NCBI RefSeq assembly: GCF_001194135.2
Contig: NC_069002.1
Location: 35,451,143-35,496,416, forward strand
Reading direction: 5' to 3'
Origin: Octopus bimaculoides
Lineage: Eukaryota
Length of the DNA: 45,274 bases
Of the stretch, positions 26,760-39,810 are shown in pieces. A program made the position numbers and the translations under genes. How positions within the stretch are numbered: position 1 is the stretch's first letter; each line of letters starts with the position of its first letter. A model generated the notes under the pieces. The model was given only the letters and a program-made list of their open reading frames with translations. It ran no database searches and was not told the DNA's origin.

Positions 26760-27314
26760 GTCTTTCATAAATGCATACATAATGTTATATAAAATTGCTG
26801 TGGCTGCAAGTGGAAATCCATCGATCTATATCGATATGAGATCAAGTATATATGAATATATTTCTAAGTACGTGTTTGATTACTGTATTACTGAATATTC
26901 CTAGAAAGATATTGTAACACGCGTTTATCACCGTCTGTATATGTGTTTTACGTACTGGCTCCACGTAACTACGACAGTCATATGTTGACACAATTTGTGT
27001 TATGAAGGAGATGCATATGATGAATGCCACTTCCTCTCCTTCTTTCACTTTAGAAATTTGATGACGGAAGTGAATTGTCAAATTGATGCAACAGAATAGG
27101 ATAGTGAATCGAATGACGAGAAGCTATTCACAACATACATCAATATATATATAGATATATATACGCACGCACACACACACTCACACATGTACACATATGT
27201 GCATATACATTCACACACATGCAGCTTTATATACATAGAAATATACATGTTTGTGTGTGTATGTATATGTGTATATGAATTCGTATATATAGAGTTATAT
27301 ATCTTTATTTATTT

Positions 27315-27659
27315 ATCTATTTATTTATGGGTTTCAGCCAAGTGGCTGTGGTCATGCTGGAGCACCACCGTGATTTTCTGTCTTTATGCTTTGCTCTCTT
27401 CACGTTCCTTGCATGGCTCTTCTCCTGCACCAGATCAAGAGTGTTGATGGTACATCTAGTGTATAAGAGAATTTGACATCACTGCCCTAAACTGTGTCTC
27501 ATTTCGAGCCATTGGTTCGTCTGGTATCGTGAAGAGGAAAGCGTCGAGTTTTGTCTTGAAGACCTCCACATCCGTGTCTTGCAGGTCTCTCAAATGTTTT
27601 GGCAGGGTATTGAAGAGCTGAGGTCCTCTGAAACCGAGGCTGCTACAGTATCTTGTTCT
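27315..27659 (-). mobile_element. 3' end of a CR1/L2-group LINE (ORF2 C-terminus, 3' UTR, tail); upstream lost in a gap
   Basis: RTRYCSSLGFRGPQLFNTLPKHLRDLQDTDVEVFKTKLDAFLFTIPDEP...RAVMSNSLIH* at 27659-27456, then tail GGTGGTGCTCCAGCATGACCACAGCCACTTGGCTGAAAC and (ATAA)n. Clade assignment is from recalled motifs. Confidence 0.8.
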
Positions 27660-28614
27660 NNNNNNNNNNNNNNNNNNNNNNNNNNNNNNNNNNNNNNNNN
27701 NNNNNNNNNNNNNNNNNNNNNNNNNNNNNNNNNNNNNNNNNNNNNNNNNNNNNNNNNNNNNNNNNNNNNNNNNNNNNNNNNNNNNNNNNNNNNNNNNNNN
27801 NNNNNNNNNNNNNNNNNNNNNNNNNNNNNNNNNNNNNNNNNNNNNNNNNNNNNNNNNNNNNNNNNNNNNNNNNNNNNNNNNNNNNNNNNNNNNNNNNNNN
27901 NNNNNNNNNNNNNNNNNNNNNNNNNNNNNNNNNNNNNNNNNNNNNNNNNNNNNNNNNNNNNNNNNNNNNNNNNNNNNNNNNNNNNNNNNNNNNNNNNNNN
28001 NNNNNNNNNNNNNNNNNNNNNNNNNNNNNNNNNNNNNNNNNNNNNNNNNNNNNNNNNNNNNNNNNNNNNNNNNNNNNNNNNNNNNNNNNNNNNNNNNNNN
28101 NNNNNNNNNNNNNNNNNNNNNNNNNNNNNNNNNNNNNNNNNNNNNNNNNNNNNNNNNNNNNNNNNNNNNNNNNNNNNNNNNNNNNNNNNNNNNNNNNNNN
28201 NNNNNNNNNNNNNNNNNNNNNNNNNNNNNNNNNNNNNNNNNNNNNNNNNNNNNNNNNNNNNNNNNNNNNNNNNNNNNNNNNNNNNNNNNNNNNNNNNNNN
28301 NNNNNNNNNNNNNNNNNNNNNNNNNNNNNNNNNNNNNNNNNNNNNNNNNNNNNNNNNNNNNNNNNNNNNNNNNNNNNNNNNNNNNNNNNNNNNNNNNNNN
28401 NNNNNNNNNNNNNNNNNNNNNNNNNNNNNNNNNNNNNNNNNNNNNNNNNNNNNNNNNNACATACATTTATATGTACATAAAACATACATTATATATATAT
28501 TTATATATGTATGTACGTTTGTATGCATGCGTGTATGTATGTATGTATGTTTGTATGTATATATAAATAGGTATCAAACATACGCGTAGGTGTGTGTTGT
28601 TGCATATACGAATG

Positions 28615-28745
28615 GTGGGGGTGCTGAAAATTTCCCAGCTTTAGGTAAAAAGAAAATGCAGGAGTGTGACTTAATTATGATTTTATTCCCCTCACAGATT
28701 CTGTAGCAATCCTTCAGTTTTCGAAGCCCTGTAAGAAAATTTGAA
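28615..28745 (-). mobile_element. Mariner 3' end and TIR remnant
   Basis: The minus strand TTCTTACAGGGCTTCGAAAACTGAAGG...GAGGGGAATAAAATCATAATTAA resembles a decayed mariner C-terminus; TIR-like GGGGTGCTGAAAA at about 28618-28630. Confidence 0.6.
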
Positions 28746-28901
28746 TTATTGGGCCTCCCACCGAGTCTTTCGTTATACTCTTAACGCCAGTAACTTTACA
28801 CCATCGTGTGTGTGTGTGCGTGCGTGTGTGTGTGCGTGTGTGTGTGTGTATAAAGAGAAAGCAAGAGAGAGATACCTACATATAAACAAACATACATATA
28901 C

Positions 28902-28944
<43 letters not shown>

Positions 28945-29386
28945 TGTGTATGTGTNNNNNNNNNNTATATGTATATATATATATATATATGTGTATGTGT
29001 GTGTGTGTGTGTTTGTGTGTGTGTATGTGTGTGTGTGTGTATGTGTGTGTGCCTGTGCGTTTTGTATGTAAGTTTGCGCGTGTGCATGCATATATATGTA
29101 TATATGTATATATGTACGTCTATATGTATGTGTGCATGTATGTTTGTGCGTATGTATGTATAATATACGTATATTTATTCATGTGTGGATATTTAGGATT
29201 GTTTTTGTTGAGCCTTTGCGGGTGAGAAGAAGGAAGGAAATTTGCAAACGTAACTCAAAACTTCGAGTGTTTCAAACGTGACCCGTATCGGATTTTGCTA
29301 AGTGCCATGCAGAAAACTGACAGCCCCAAGGTCTCTTCTGCTGCTTTATATTATTGCATTATTTCTTGTTCATTCTTCCTTTTATT

Positions 29387-29422
29387 TCACTCGTGTGACT
29401 GCGGCCATGCTGGAGCACCACC
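29387..29422 (-). mobile_element. Isolated SINE B / LINE shared 3' tail
   Basis: The minus strand reads GGTGGTGCTCCAGCATGGCCGCAGTCACACG. Confidence 0.75.
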
Positions 29423-29901
29423 TTTTCTGGAAAATATTGAAAAATATAAAATTACCGTTTAATGACTTCAGTTTATCCGGGTTTTTTCATCAAAACATAT
29501 TAGTAGTCAGTTCACACAAGCACTAATCTATGAGTGTATTGCATCTTAGATCAGAAACAGTTGTAAGTTAATGAAGTTCATTACAGGATTTCTTCTTCTC
29601 TATGTTTCTTTAATGAATCTGATATTACGCATGCATTTCGACGAACGGTGCTCTCTGAAGCATCGCGTATTAAGTTCTAACACATGGTTATTAGTATCAC
29701 TAAACCTAAGCAGAATATATATATATATATATATTCGTGTGTGTATATGTGTGTTTGTGTGTGTGTGTGTGTGTGAATGTGTATGCTTATACGCTAATGC
29801 ATTGAAACACACACATTCATGTATATATATATGTATATATATGTGTGTATGTTTGAATATGTGTATATATGTATATATACATATATATATATATACATAC
29901 A

Positions 29902-29966
<65 letters not shown>

Positions 29967-30780
29967 GCCTACATACCTACATATATATTCATATATATAC
30001 AGATAGATAGATAGATAGATAGATGCATACATACATACATATATATATACATACATACATACACTATACATACATATACATACATACACACGTACATATA
30101 TACATACATACATATATACATACTTACATACATACATACATACATGCATACATACATACATGCATACATACATACATACATACATACACACATACATACA
30201 TACATATAACACTTGGTTAAACTTCGCGAATTGCATGAAACAATTTGGATAAGGGCATATCCTGAATATGGTGAAATGTATTTAAATATGCGTTGAATTT
30301 AGTCAGTAATATGCTCAATTGATCAAACGAAATACAAAAATTGCCTAAACTCACACATCTCAATAGTGGAAAGAATCAAGTCAGGTAAATCAAAATGGCC
30401 GCCGCTCTAATCAATATAGGAAACGTTTTTGTTTCTTTTTTTTCTGATATATAGTTGAAGCTGTTCAATGGAAAGAAAGGTTTCCTTTGCCTGCTAGAAA
30501 TTATGGATGATTTTTATGAAATACTTTATTTTCTATTTGGTCTTGTTTTACTTTCTTTTAAACTTATTTGATTTTAATGAATAAATGTGAATTATTTCCA
30601 ATAATTTCTTTCTCTCCTTCTTCACTCCTCTCCATCCCATCGCCTTGAACAGTATAATGCACTGCAAATAATGTTCATTCAGAGATTATGTATGTATTTA
30701 CTCTCATACACATATATGCACGCGCGCACATGAGAGTTCTCCATATATGGATATATGTATGTATAAATATATACCTGTGT

Positions 30781-30857
<77 letters not shown>

Positions 30858-31266
30858 GGTATACTTGCATATACATAAACGTACACACATATATATATGT
30901 TTATATGTATATTCATAAGTATGTGTGTGTGTGAGTGTGTGTGTGTCTGTGTGTGTGTGTCTGTGTGTGTGTGTAATTGCACACTATATTGAAATAATTC
31001 TCATTCATATAAAATGTATGTATTTAGGTTCATGCACGCAAAAGGCTGCACACACATACTCACACACGCAAACACATATATATAGAGAGTGAAAGGTCGG
31101 GAGTGAAAGAGAAAGAGAGTGGGAGAGAGAGAACACTGAGGTAGTAAGGGAACAGAAAAAGTTAAAACGGTTTATGTTCTAAGATATAATTAAAACGGCA
31201 CGTGTAAGTGACGTTTTACAATGAAGTTCCCTCATATACATATATATTTTTTTTACTTTTGTAGAA

Positions 31267-31305
31267 GTTTCAGTTATTAGACAGCAGCCATGTTGGAACA
31301 CTGCC
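31267..31305 (-). mobile_element. Degenerate shared 3' tail
   Basis: The minus strand reads GGCAGTGTTCCAACATGGCTGCTGTCTAATAACTGAAAC. Confidence 0.5.
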
Positions 31306-31469
31306 ACGTGAGGTGTAGTAGAACAACACATCCACTCCATTGCTTATCTTTTTCCAAGACGCTATTTATTTTATCAGGCTCTATGCTTAACAGCTAAGTT
31401 ATAGGAAATTAAAAGAAATGATGCCAGTTATCAAACTTCGGTAGGGGTTGAAACACGCATACATAGGTG

Positions 31470-31518
<49 letters not shown>

Positions 31519-31767
31519 AACAAAAAGGGAGTAGAGGACAATAAAAGAATCGGACAGATAGACGATACAAAGTCGGACAGGAAAAACAACAATTAGAAGG
31601 ACAGGCCCAGAAGTCAAGTATGCCAAAAGTCCTTATTGTTTCGGGCAGTTACACTTGAGACATTTCGATCTGGTCGGTCCCAAAAAGTCTAAGCCAAGAG
31701 CATTAGACCTTTTCGTAAAAGAGCTAGCGAATGTGTACGGCAACAAAGACAAAAAACGGAGAACATG

Positions 31768-31830
<63 letters not shown>

Positions 31831-32039
31831 ATATATATATATACTCAGCTAAACCCTTCAAGGCGGTATTAACGAAGAAATATATAAACAAATCATTTGC
31901 AAAAGTGGTTGCAATTGAACATAGTCGCGTTCTTAATATAATACTTTCAGGTGAGTGCGAAAACTTGTGCGTACCTGTGCTAGTGTGTGTCACTACATGC
32001 GGGTATAAATTGTACCCAACTCTTTACAAGCATCTTACT

Positions 32040-32250
32040 GATTTGAGATTTTGGCACAATGCCAGCAATTGCTAGGAAGGGGTAAGTCAATTACATCGAC
32101 CCCACTTCTCAATTGGTACTTATTTTATCCATCCCCAAAGTGATGAAAGTCAAAGTCGACCTCACTGGAATTTAAACGCAAAACATAAAGATAGTTGAAG
32201 TGCCACTAGCCATTTCCCCAGCCGTCCTTACAATTCTGACAGCTCGCCAC
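32040..32250 (-). mobile_element. Degenerate SINE type A
   Basis: AGTCAATTACATCGACCCC...TGGTACTTATTTTATC...AAAGTCGACCTC...CAGCTCGCC; colinear with 35372-35578. Confidence 0.8.
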
Positions 32251-32638
32251 CTTCGGAAAACGTTATTTTATAAGCAAGAATTTTTCAATTTCATTCAATT
32301 TTATTAATATTCTTTTCATATGTATGTTTCTTTGTTCGTACTTTTGTTTCGTCTTGAAATGTAATTCCTAAATCCCATCAGTCAACATTTCGAGACGTTC
32401 ACAATCTAATTTTCGAATTCAGATGTTCTAATGGCATGGAGTCCTGGTGTTCTGCAGTAAATTGCAAGGTCACTTAGAGATAATATCTTTAGTAATATAA
32501 TCATCAGCGCGAAATTTAAAATCGATTTCTTGTTTTTAACATACAAGACAAACATAGACCCACATATACACATAAACAGTTATACCATATACGTGTGTGT
32601 TTATGTGCGTATATTAGTGTGCCTGTACGTGTTTTCGT

Positions 32639-32678
<40 letters not shown>

Positions 32679-32721
32679 TATGTCCACGTACGTACATATG
32701 TACATGTATATATGTATGTAT

Positions 32722-32778
<57 letters not shown>

Positions 32779-32902
32779 ATACATTCATATATATGTATAT
32801 ACACGCACATATATGGTATTTTCAGTATATCGGTGTATGTGTATACACATACATACATATATTTGTGCGTGTGTATGAGTGTGTGTGTGTGTGTGTGTGC
32901 GC

Positions 32903-32933
<31 letters not shown>

Positions 32934-33224
32934 TGTGTGTGCGTACAAAGATACAAAAGTGGGATAGAAAGAAACTTTCTCTGCTAATATTCAGCTTCAA
33001 TGGAAAATAGTTATAACATTAGCTGTATAGAAATAACTGCATAGAAATTGGGTACAGGAGAAGCGAATTATATAAAATGAAACTTTATCGGAATGTTCTA
33101 CTTGGGAAACAAATGTGAGGCCTCCTTCCACTTTTCTAATGGAATCCATACATACATTGGGTTGGAATAGCCATGGGTCTACCACACCGGCCCACGTTTG
33201 CTGGTATCTATTTTTTTTTTATTT

Positions 33225-33450
33225 TATCTAGTTTCAGCTCATAAGTTGCGACCATGCTGGGGCACCTCCATTTTTTATGTAGTGGTTAACGGACGGGCTT
33301 CTTTCAGTTTCTGTCTACCAGATCCACTCACAAGGCTTTGGTTGGCCCAAGGCTGTAGTAGAAGACACTTGCCCAAGGTGCCACGCAGTGGGACTGAACC
33401 CGGAACCATGTGGTTGGTAAGCAAGCTACTTACCACAGTCACTCCTGCTG
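33225..33450 (-). mobile_element. Well-preserved SINE type B with tail
   Basis: Minus-strand head GCAGGAGTGACTGTGGTAAGTAGCTTGCTTACCAACCACATGGTTCCGGGTTCAGTCCCACTGCGTGGCACCTTGGGCAAG; tail at 33231-33268. Confidence 0.92.
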
Positions 33451-33499
33451 GATAGATAGATAGAGAGAGAGAGAGGGGGAGAGAGAGAGAAATAGAGAT

Positions 33500-33630
33500 A
33501 CGGCTGGCTTCTTTCCGTTTCCGTCTAGCCAATCAACTAACATATCCTTGGCTGGCCCAGAGGCTATAGTGGGACATCTATAGGAAGTCCCACGCAATGG
33601 AACTGCACCGACAACTATGTGGTTGGGAAG
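33500..33630 (-). mobile_element. Degenerate SINE type B
   Basis: GGCTTCTTTCCGTTTCCGTCTA...GAGGCTATAGTGG...CCACGCAATGGAACTG. Confidence 0.75.
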
Positions 33631-33670
<40 letters not shown>

Positions 33671-35224
33671 TATACCCATAATATATATGTGTGTGCGTGT
33701 GTGTGTGTGTATATGTGTGTACGTTTGAGTGTGTGTATATATGATTGCGTGGGATCAATCTTGGTATGTTTCGGTTTGATGAAACCCCTTCATTAAATCG
33801 CACTCCTCACAGTGCTTTGTTAAGTAGAAAGTAAGAGCGTCACAAAGTGACTCTGCACTATTATGCATTATCATCTTCATTTGAACCTTACCTACGTCCA
33901 ATTTTATTATTGACTTACCTACAAGTCTAACAATTCACCTTCCTATGTATTGATCGTTCATTTATTTCAATGTCTGTAGGGTTGTGAGTCTGTCAGATGT
34001 TATACATTCACATACTTGTTTAATGCTCACTGCATAACATGCATGAATGTCCATTTAGTTACATGTATGCGAATCCTTTCATAGCTTAATTCATCATTTT
34101 CTTATATCACATATGCTTTTTAATTTCCCCTCTAATATATAAGTTGTTAACTACATATCTACATCACTGTCCGCATAATTATCTATCTACATAACGCGAT
34201 ATTTTCACATCTATCTATTTCTATCTATTTCTATTTCCTTTCCATCAATCCATTGGCTCGATGAATGACCCCTGGAGAGAACTTTTTTACAAATGCTTGC
34301 CACCAGGATCGACTGTAGAGTTTCTCAGCGGGTAACATCAGCAATTATAAGATAGTTGTGATCTTTTTAACTGTTTAATATTCTATGTATTGAATATGTG
34401 AGCACCCTATCAATCTATCCAGTTGCGAATAATGCTTTATGCATTAAAATGTATTGACATTAATTTGACTATTTCTCTATGTTTGTACATTTATACATAT
34501 ATCTTCAATAGCAATCAGCCAAAGTTACTATGCATCCATTTACATGCATACATAAATAGATATATAAATTTGTATATATATATATATGTATACATATATA
34601 TATATTTATATATATATATATATATATATNNNNNNNNNNNNNNNNNNNNNNNNNNNNNNNNNNNNNNNNNNNNNNNNNNNNNNNNNNNNNNNNNNNNNNN
34701 NNNNNNNNNNNNNNNNNNNNNNNNNNNNNNNNNNNNNNNNNNNNNNNNNNNNNNNNNNNNNNNNNNNNNNNNNNNNNNNNNNNNNNNNNNNNNNNNNNNN
34801 NNNNNNNNNNNNNNNNNNNNNNNNNNNNNNNNNNNNNNNNNNNNNNNNNNNNNNNNNNNNNNNNNNNNNNNNNNNNNNNNNNNNNNNNNNNNNNNNNNNN
34901 NNNNNNNNNNNNNNNNNNNNNNNNNNNNNNNNNNNNNNNNNNNNNNNNNNNNNNNNNNNNNNNNNNNNNNNNNNNNNNNNNNNNNNNNNNNNNNNNNNNN
35001 NNNNNNNNNNNNNNNNNNNNNNNNNNNNNNNNNNNNNNNNNNNNNNNNNNNNNNNNNNNNNNNNNNNNNNNNNNNNNNNNNNNNNNNNNNNNNNNNNNNN
35101 NNNNNNNNNNNNNNNNNNNNNNNNNNNNNNNNNNNNNNNNNNNNNNNNNNNNNNNNNNNNNNNNNNNNNNNNNNNNNNNNNNNNNNNNNNNNNATATACG
35201 TATATATATATAATTATTATTATT

Positions 35225-35768
35225 CCGAAAGACTCTCGGATTTTTCTTAATTCCTGGTTGTTATTTACTTGAAAGTAGGCAATAACGAATCAACAAATGT
35301 TCCAAGTAGTACCATCTCCTGTAACTCCAAAAAAAAATACTCTCCTTAGAATGGGAACTGTACCCAATAATCTTGACTACTCTATGCACAAGGCCCGAAA
35401 TTTTGGGAAAGGGGCCAGTCGATTAGATCGACCCCCGTACGCAACTGGTACTTAATTTATAGACCCCCAAAAGGATGAAAAGCAAAGGCAACCTCGGCGG
35501 AATTTGAACTCAGAACGTAAAGACAGACGAAATACCGTTAAGCATTTTGCCCGGCGTGCGAACGTTTCTGCCAGCTCGCTGTACCCAATAATGCTGTCTT
35601 TTGGATCACCTGGAGCCTGACAGCAGCTCCAATATTCTTAATATGTTTTTCAAAGCCCCTGGAAACTGCTCCTAATGCTCCAATTACGACTGGTATCACC
35701 ATTACTTTCCTCATGCCCCACAGCTTTCCTATCTCGTCCTGCAGTGGCTGGTATTGGTATTTTTCAGC

Positions 35769-35770
<2 letters not shown>
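35225..35770 (-). pseudogene. 3' fragment of an R4/Dong-type (restriction-like endonuclease) non-LTR retrotransposon, split by a SINE
   Basis: YQPLQDEIGKLWGMRKVMVIPVVIGALGAVSRGFEKHIKNIGAAVRLQVIQKTALLGT, then SINE, then VPILRRV; this is a typical RLE-domain C-terminus. Flanked by (TAA)n on both sides. Confidence 0.85.
35372..35578 (-). mobile_element. SINE type A with 14-bp target-site duplication
   Basis: TSD CTGTACCCAATAAT at 35358-35371 and 35579-35592; B-box GTTCAAATTCC on the minus strand. Confidence 0.93.

Positions 35771-35829
<59 letters not shown>
35769..35829. repeat. (ATT)n microsatellite
   Basis: Directly visible run. Confidence 0.95.
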
Positions 35830-35830
<1 letters not shown>

Positions 35831-37338
35831 CAGGACCGTAAATTTAGGGAAGAGCTCAGTCGATTAAATAGACACCATTACTTGATCAATAACAGCAACA
35901 ACGACGATAAAAAAGCAAAGGGCTAAAAAGCATGTTAACGACATTGGAACCCAGGAATCCATGAATAATAAAGACTCAAGTCCAACCCAGTTTGGCAATA
36001 TCTGTAATAAAACAAAAGAAATCTGTTATATAAATACGTGATCTTTAGCTCTTCAAACATCGAGGCGTTGTTTCGGGTTTGAAACAGTTCAAGACTCTCA
36101 AGCAAACACAGTGCACCAACAGTGTTCAGCAAGTTTTATTTTGTTTTACACAAAACCGAAACGTTATTAGCAGATGTCGAAATATTTAACGCCTGATATA
36201 AGGACAAGTTTTCTATGTCCTTCTATGTATTAAGAATTTTGTCTTATTTTGTTTAAAATTTAACATGAAAATGCTAAATCTTCCCAATGCTATCAATTAT
36301 CAAGTTCACAAATTTGTACCGACCAGTATTGAATCAATTCCACAGCAAACGTTGGAGCTTTTAAAGACTTTATACTAACAAAATTATTTATCGTTTAATT
36401 CATTCTTGTTCTACTGCAAAATGGCTATAACCTTAAGCTAAGGAAAGAGCAGAAGAAAAACAACAATTGCAGCTACAACAACGCAGAAACAAAGAATAGA
36501 AAATAAAATTCTGGAAAATAAGTTAAATTAAAATGGAATAAATATAAATAAAAATATATGCCAAAATTTCAAAGAGGAAATTTTCCAATCCTGTTGGCTA
36601 TATAATTAAATTTGAAATAAGTTCAGTTGAAGAGTAAAGATTTTATGGAAGTTTATAATTCACATTTAATTGTATTGTATTCTAAGACCTTAGAAAATGA
36701 TTCTATACACGAGGTGTATTTAATTAAAATAAATGTATAAACATACACACTCACACTCTTCTTACACACGATTACAAACTCACAAAGCATTTATATAAAT
36801 ATATATGCATATATATATATACATATGTNNNNNNNNNNATATATAGGTATGTGTATCGTGTGTATGAATGGATGTGCCTATATGTGTGTGTCCTGAAAGA
36901 GAACAGGACAGAGAGGAGAGAGAGGGGGAGAGAGAGGAGAAGAGTGAGAAGAAGACAGACAGACAGAACGGTTAACGGAGACAGAAACAATGAAGAATGG
37001 TTAAGAAATAGGAAGGGAGCATTTCAGAAAGAGAGGAAGAAGCAATCTATGTCACGTTTAAATATACTTAAATTTTTGAAATAAATTGATCAAAAGTTAT
37101 GTAGTTAAATACTTTTATTTCGAGTCGAATCACAATTAAAAACACAACACTTGTTTTGAAAGAACAAAAATAACGAAAATGAAGAACATGTATTTATCAG
37201 ACTATCTGTATATCTAACCAATTCCATACCTATAATGTTTGAAGATATTCATTGTTTTTTTAGTAACATAATTATTAATATCGCAAAGATTATTCATAAC
37301 AATGATGATAATCATTATCATTAGTACTGTTATCATCA

Positions 37339-37339
<1 letters not shown>

Positions 37340-37411
<72 letters not shown>

Positions 37412-37412
37412 G
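37340..37412. repeat. (ATT)n microsatellite
   Basis: Directly visible run. Confidence 0.95.
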
Positions 37413-37699
37413 GTTATGATTATTATTTAAGTGTTGCTTTTGTTATTATGAGCATAATCTTTGTCCTTTGTTGTAATTCTATTTCTCGGTAGAGATATAT
37501 AAAATTGATTTGATAAATATGAAATTCCGATGAAATAAAATAGCATTTCCTGTATTTATTATTGGAATTTATCGTCTTGGAAAGAAAGAATGGAAAAAAA
37601 ATAATAAAATAAAACATAATGAATTTAAATGAAAAAGGTTAAATATTATCTGAAATTCGTGTTCTCTTCTGGCTATTCCAGTAATCTGTATTCTAAAAG

Positions 37700-38080
37700 T
37701 TTAACGTTTGGTTCAAGGTCAGTCGTATGTAAGGAAGAATTACAATCGATATAAAATACTTCAACATTAATCGCTCCAAACCCCGTCACTATATGGAGAA
37801 ACGTGTTACTCTGTATCTGGTGGGTTAGAAAGGCATTGTGTAGTATGAACTCCTTCCGCAAAGCCAGACGTTCAATTCAAACAATTATTGTTGTATATTA
37901 AAGAGACGAATTAAAGGAAACAGTTCATGAATAACATCCAGAACTAACCAATTGAAAGGGCGGCGCGTCTTCCTTCTGGACGTCGCTAGGTCTCGTGTTT
38001 CTTTGCAAACCCGGCAAAGCATTTTTATTGTCGCACTGGAATGTCGTACCATAACCACCGTACTCACAGGAATAACCTCA
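37700..38080 (+). pseudogene. Mariner transposase catalytic-domain fragment
   Basis: Frameshift-corrected reading: NVLLCIWWVRKGIV*YELLPQSQTFNSNNYC...HPELTN...VFLLDVARSRVSLQTRQ...WNVVP*PPYS, matching mariner LCIWWD..GIVYYELL / HDNARPH / HPPYSPD. Confidence 0.85.
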
Positions 38081-38352
38081 GTTCTTTTGAGGGCTGTAAA
38101 GAAACCGAAACAAAACGAACCAAAGCACTGGATCAAGAATAGAGTACAAATCCATCCGTTGTTCGATACATTTCTCCTTGACTTGACACACAGAAGACAC
38201 CATGTCTATGACACCGCGGCCAAGGTGGAAGCCATACTGAGCCACCCAAGGTCTGAGTTTAACAGACCTATCCCAGTATTACATTCATACACACACGCAC
38301 ACATACACACATATACGTGCATATGTGTGTGTGTATGTGTGTTGTGTTTGTA

Positions 38353-38510
38353 CGACCGGGTTCCACTCAGCTCCCGTCTTTCAGATTCACACACAAAGCA
38401 TTGTTTGGCCTGGAGCTATGGTAGACCACATTTGCCCAAGATACCACGTAATTAGACAGAACCCGAAACCAGATGGTTGAAAAAGTTATTTAACCACGAA
38501 GCCATGCTTG
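38353..38510 (-). mobile_element. Degenerate SINE type B-like
   Basis: CACAAAGCATTGTTTGGCCTGGAGCTATGGTAGACCACATTTGCCCAAGATACCACG...AACCCGAAACCA. Confidence 0.7.
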
Positions 38511-39179
38511 TTATTATCCCATTATCCAATGTATTCTTCATTTCGGGCGATTGTGTATGAATCGAGTGCAATTTTGCTACTATTTCTAGATGTTGAACAA
38601 CCATTAAGACATTTTCTATTAATTCGTTGACAAGTTTCAAACCGCACATGTATGAAAGTCAATGTATTGAAATGCTGAATCCTGATTGGAACATCGGTCC
38701 CAATATCAGCTTCTATCGACCTTACCGCCAGCATTCAGCTCCATGATGAAAAGCCAAGTGTATTAATTGAAATTCCTTAGTTAACCAGAAACTGAAATAT
38801 TAAGTGTAATTAAAACAACAAAATTTCAACACAGGACTTGGCTTTGTAAATATCTTTTTTTTAAAAACCACACATTTTATCAAATAGTCAAATAATCTAA
38901 TAATATCGATCTGAGCCAAAAAGTCAACAAAGTATCGATTTCCTAGCAACATGGAATTTCAAAATTATTATTTTTTTTTTTTACTCTTTGTTGTGTTGGT
39001 GTTATTTTTCTGTGTTTAATCACTGGACAATTTACTCTGTAGAGTCTGTAACGTTCAAAACCTCACATACTAACACACAGACTCGGTGTCTCACAGAAAT
39101 ACATCAATCATTTATCGTTAACGATGTCTAGGGATAGGGGGGAGGGGGAGAAAGACTGACGTACAAAAGATATTTATGC

Positions 39180-39235
39180 TTTAAGTTTTGAGTTCAAATC
39201 CTACCAAATCCAACTTTACTCTCATCTTTCCATGT
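39180..39235 (+). mobile_element. SINE type A fragment
   Basis: GTTTTGAGTTCAAATCCTACC...AACTTTACTCTCATCTTTC. Confidence 0.5.
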
Positions 39236-39705
39236 GATTTATTCCATTAACGTCAGCATGCAATTTGTTACATTGCTCAGTAGGCGCCGCAAATTCGCAT
39301 TCAGCCCTGGGGCTCCGACACCGAGTAAAGTAAAACAACGATTTGGGTAAACTAGCATCATGTTATCTGTAATACATTATCGATGATTTTAGCCTATTGC
39401 TCTCTATGGAGTTTGGGTCATTGACGACTTTACCTCACTGCTCTCGAATGTAGTTTCCTCTTTACTGCTATTTTACTGCTTGGGTCTCTGATTTTTCAGT
39501 ACTGCCTAAGTAGCTTCACTCCAGATATTTTTACTCTGACCTCTCACCCACCTCTCTTTTGGCTCCCAATTTAGGGGCGGCACAACATCATGTTTCCCAG
39601 GTTGCAGGCCTTCTTCCCGGTCGTGTTGACTTTCAGTTGTCATCGATACTGCTACAACTTGGCTTGTAATAATGGCCTCAGTGCCAGTAGCTTTCGAGGG
39701 GAGGA

Positions 39706-39810
39706 AGAAGTCGATTACATTGATGCCACGTACTTGAATGATACTTAATTTATCGACCACGAAATGGATGGGAGATGACACCGGCAGAATTTGTCAGTCA
39801 TGCTAACGAT
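39706..39810 (-). mobile_element. SINE type A fragment
   Basis: AGTCGATTACATTGA...TACTTAATTTATCGACCACGAAATGGATG. Confidence 0.7.

Noticed and set aside
30402-30416. CAAAATGGCCGCC YY1-like motif
   Set aside because: A single short motif with no promoter context.
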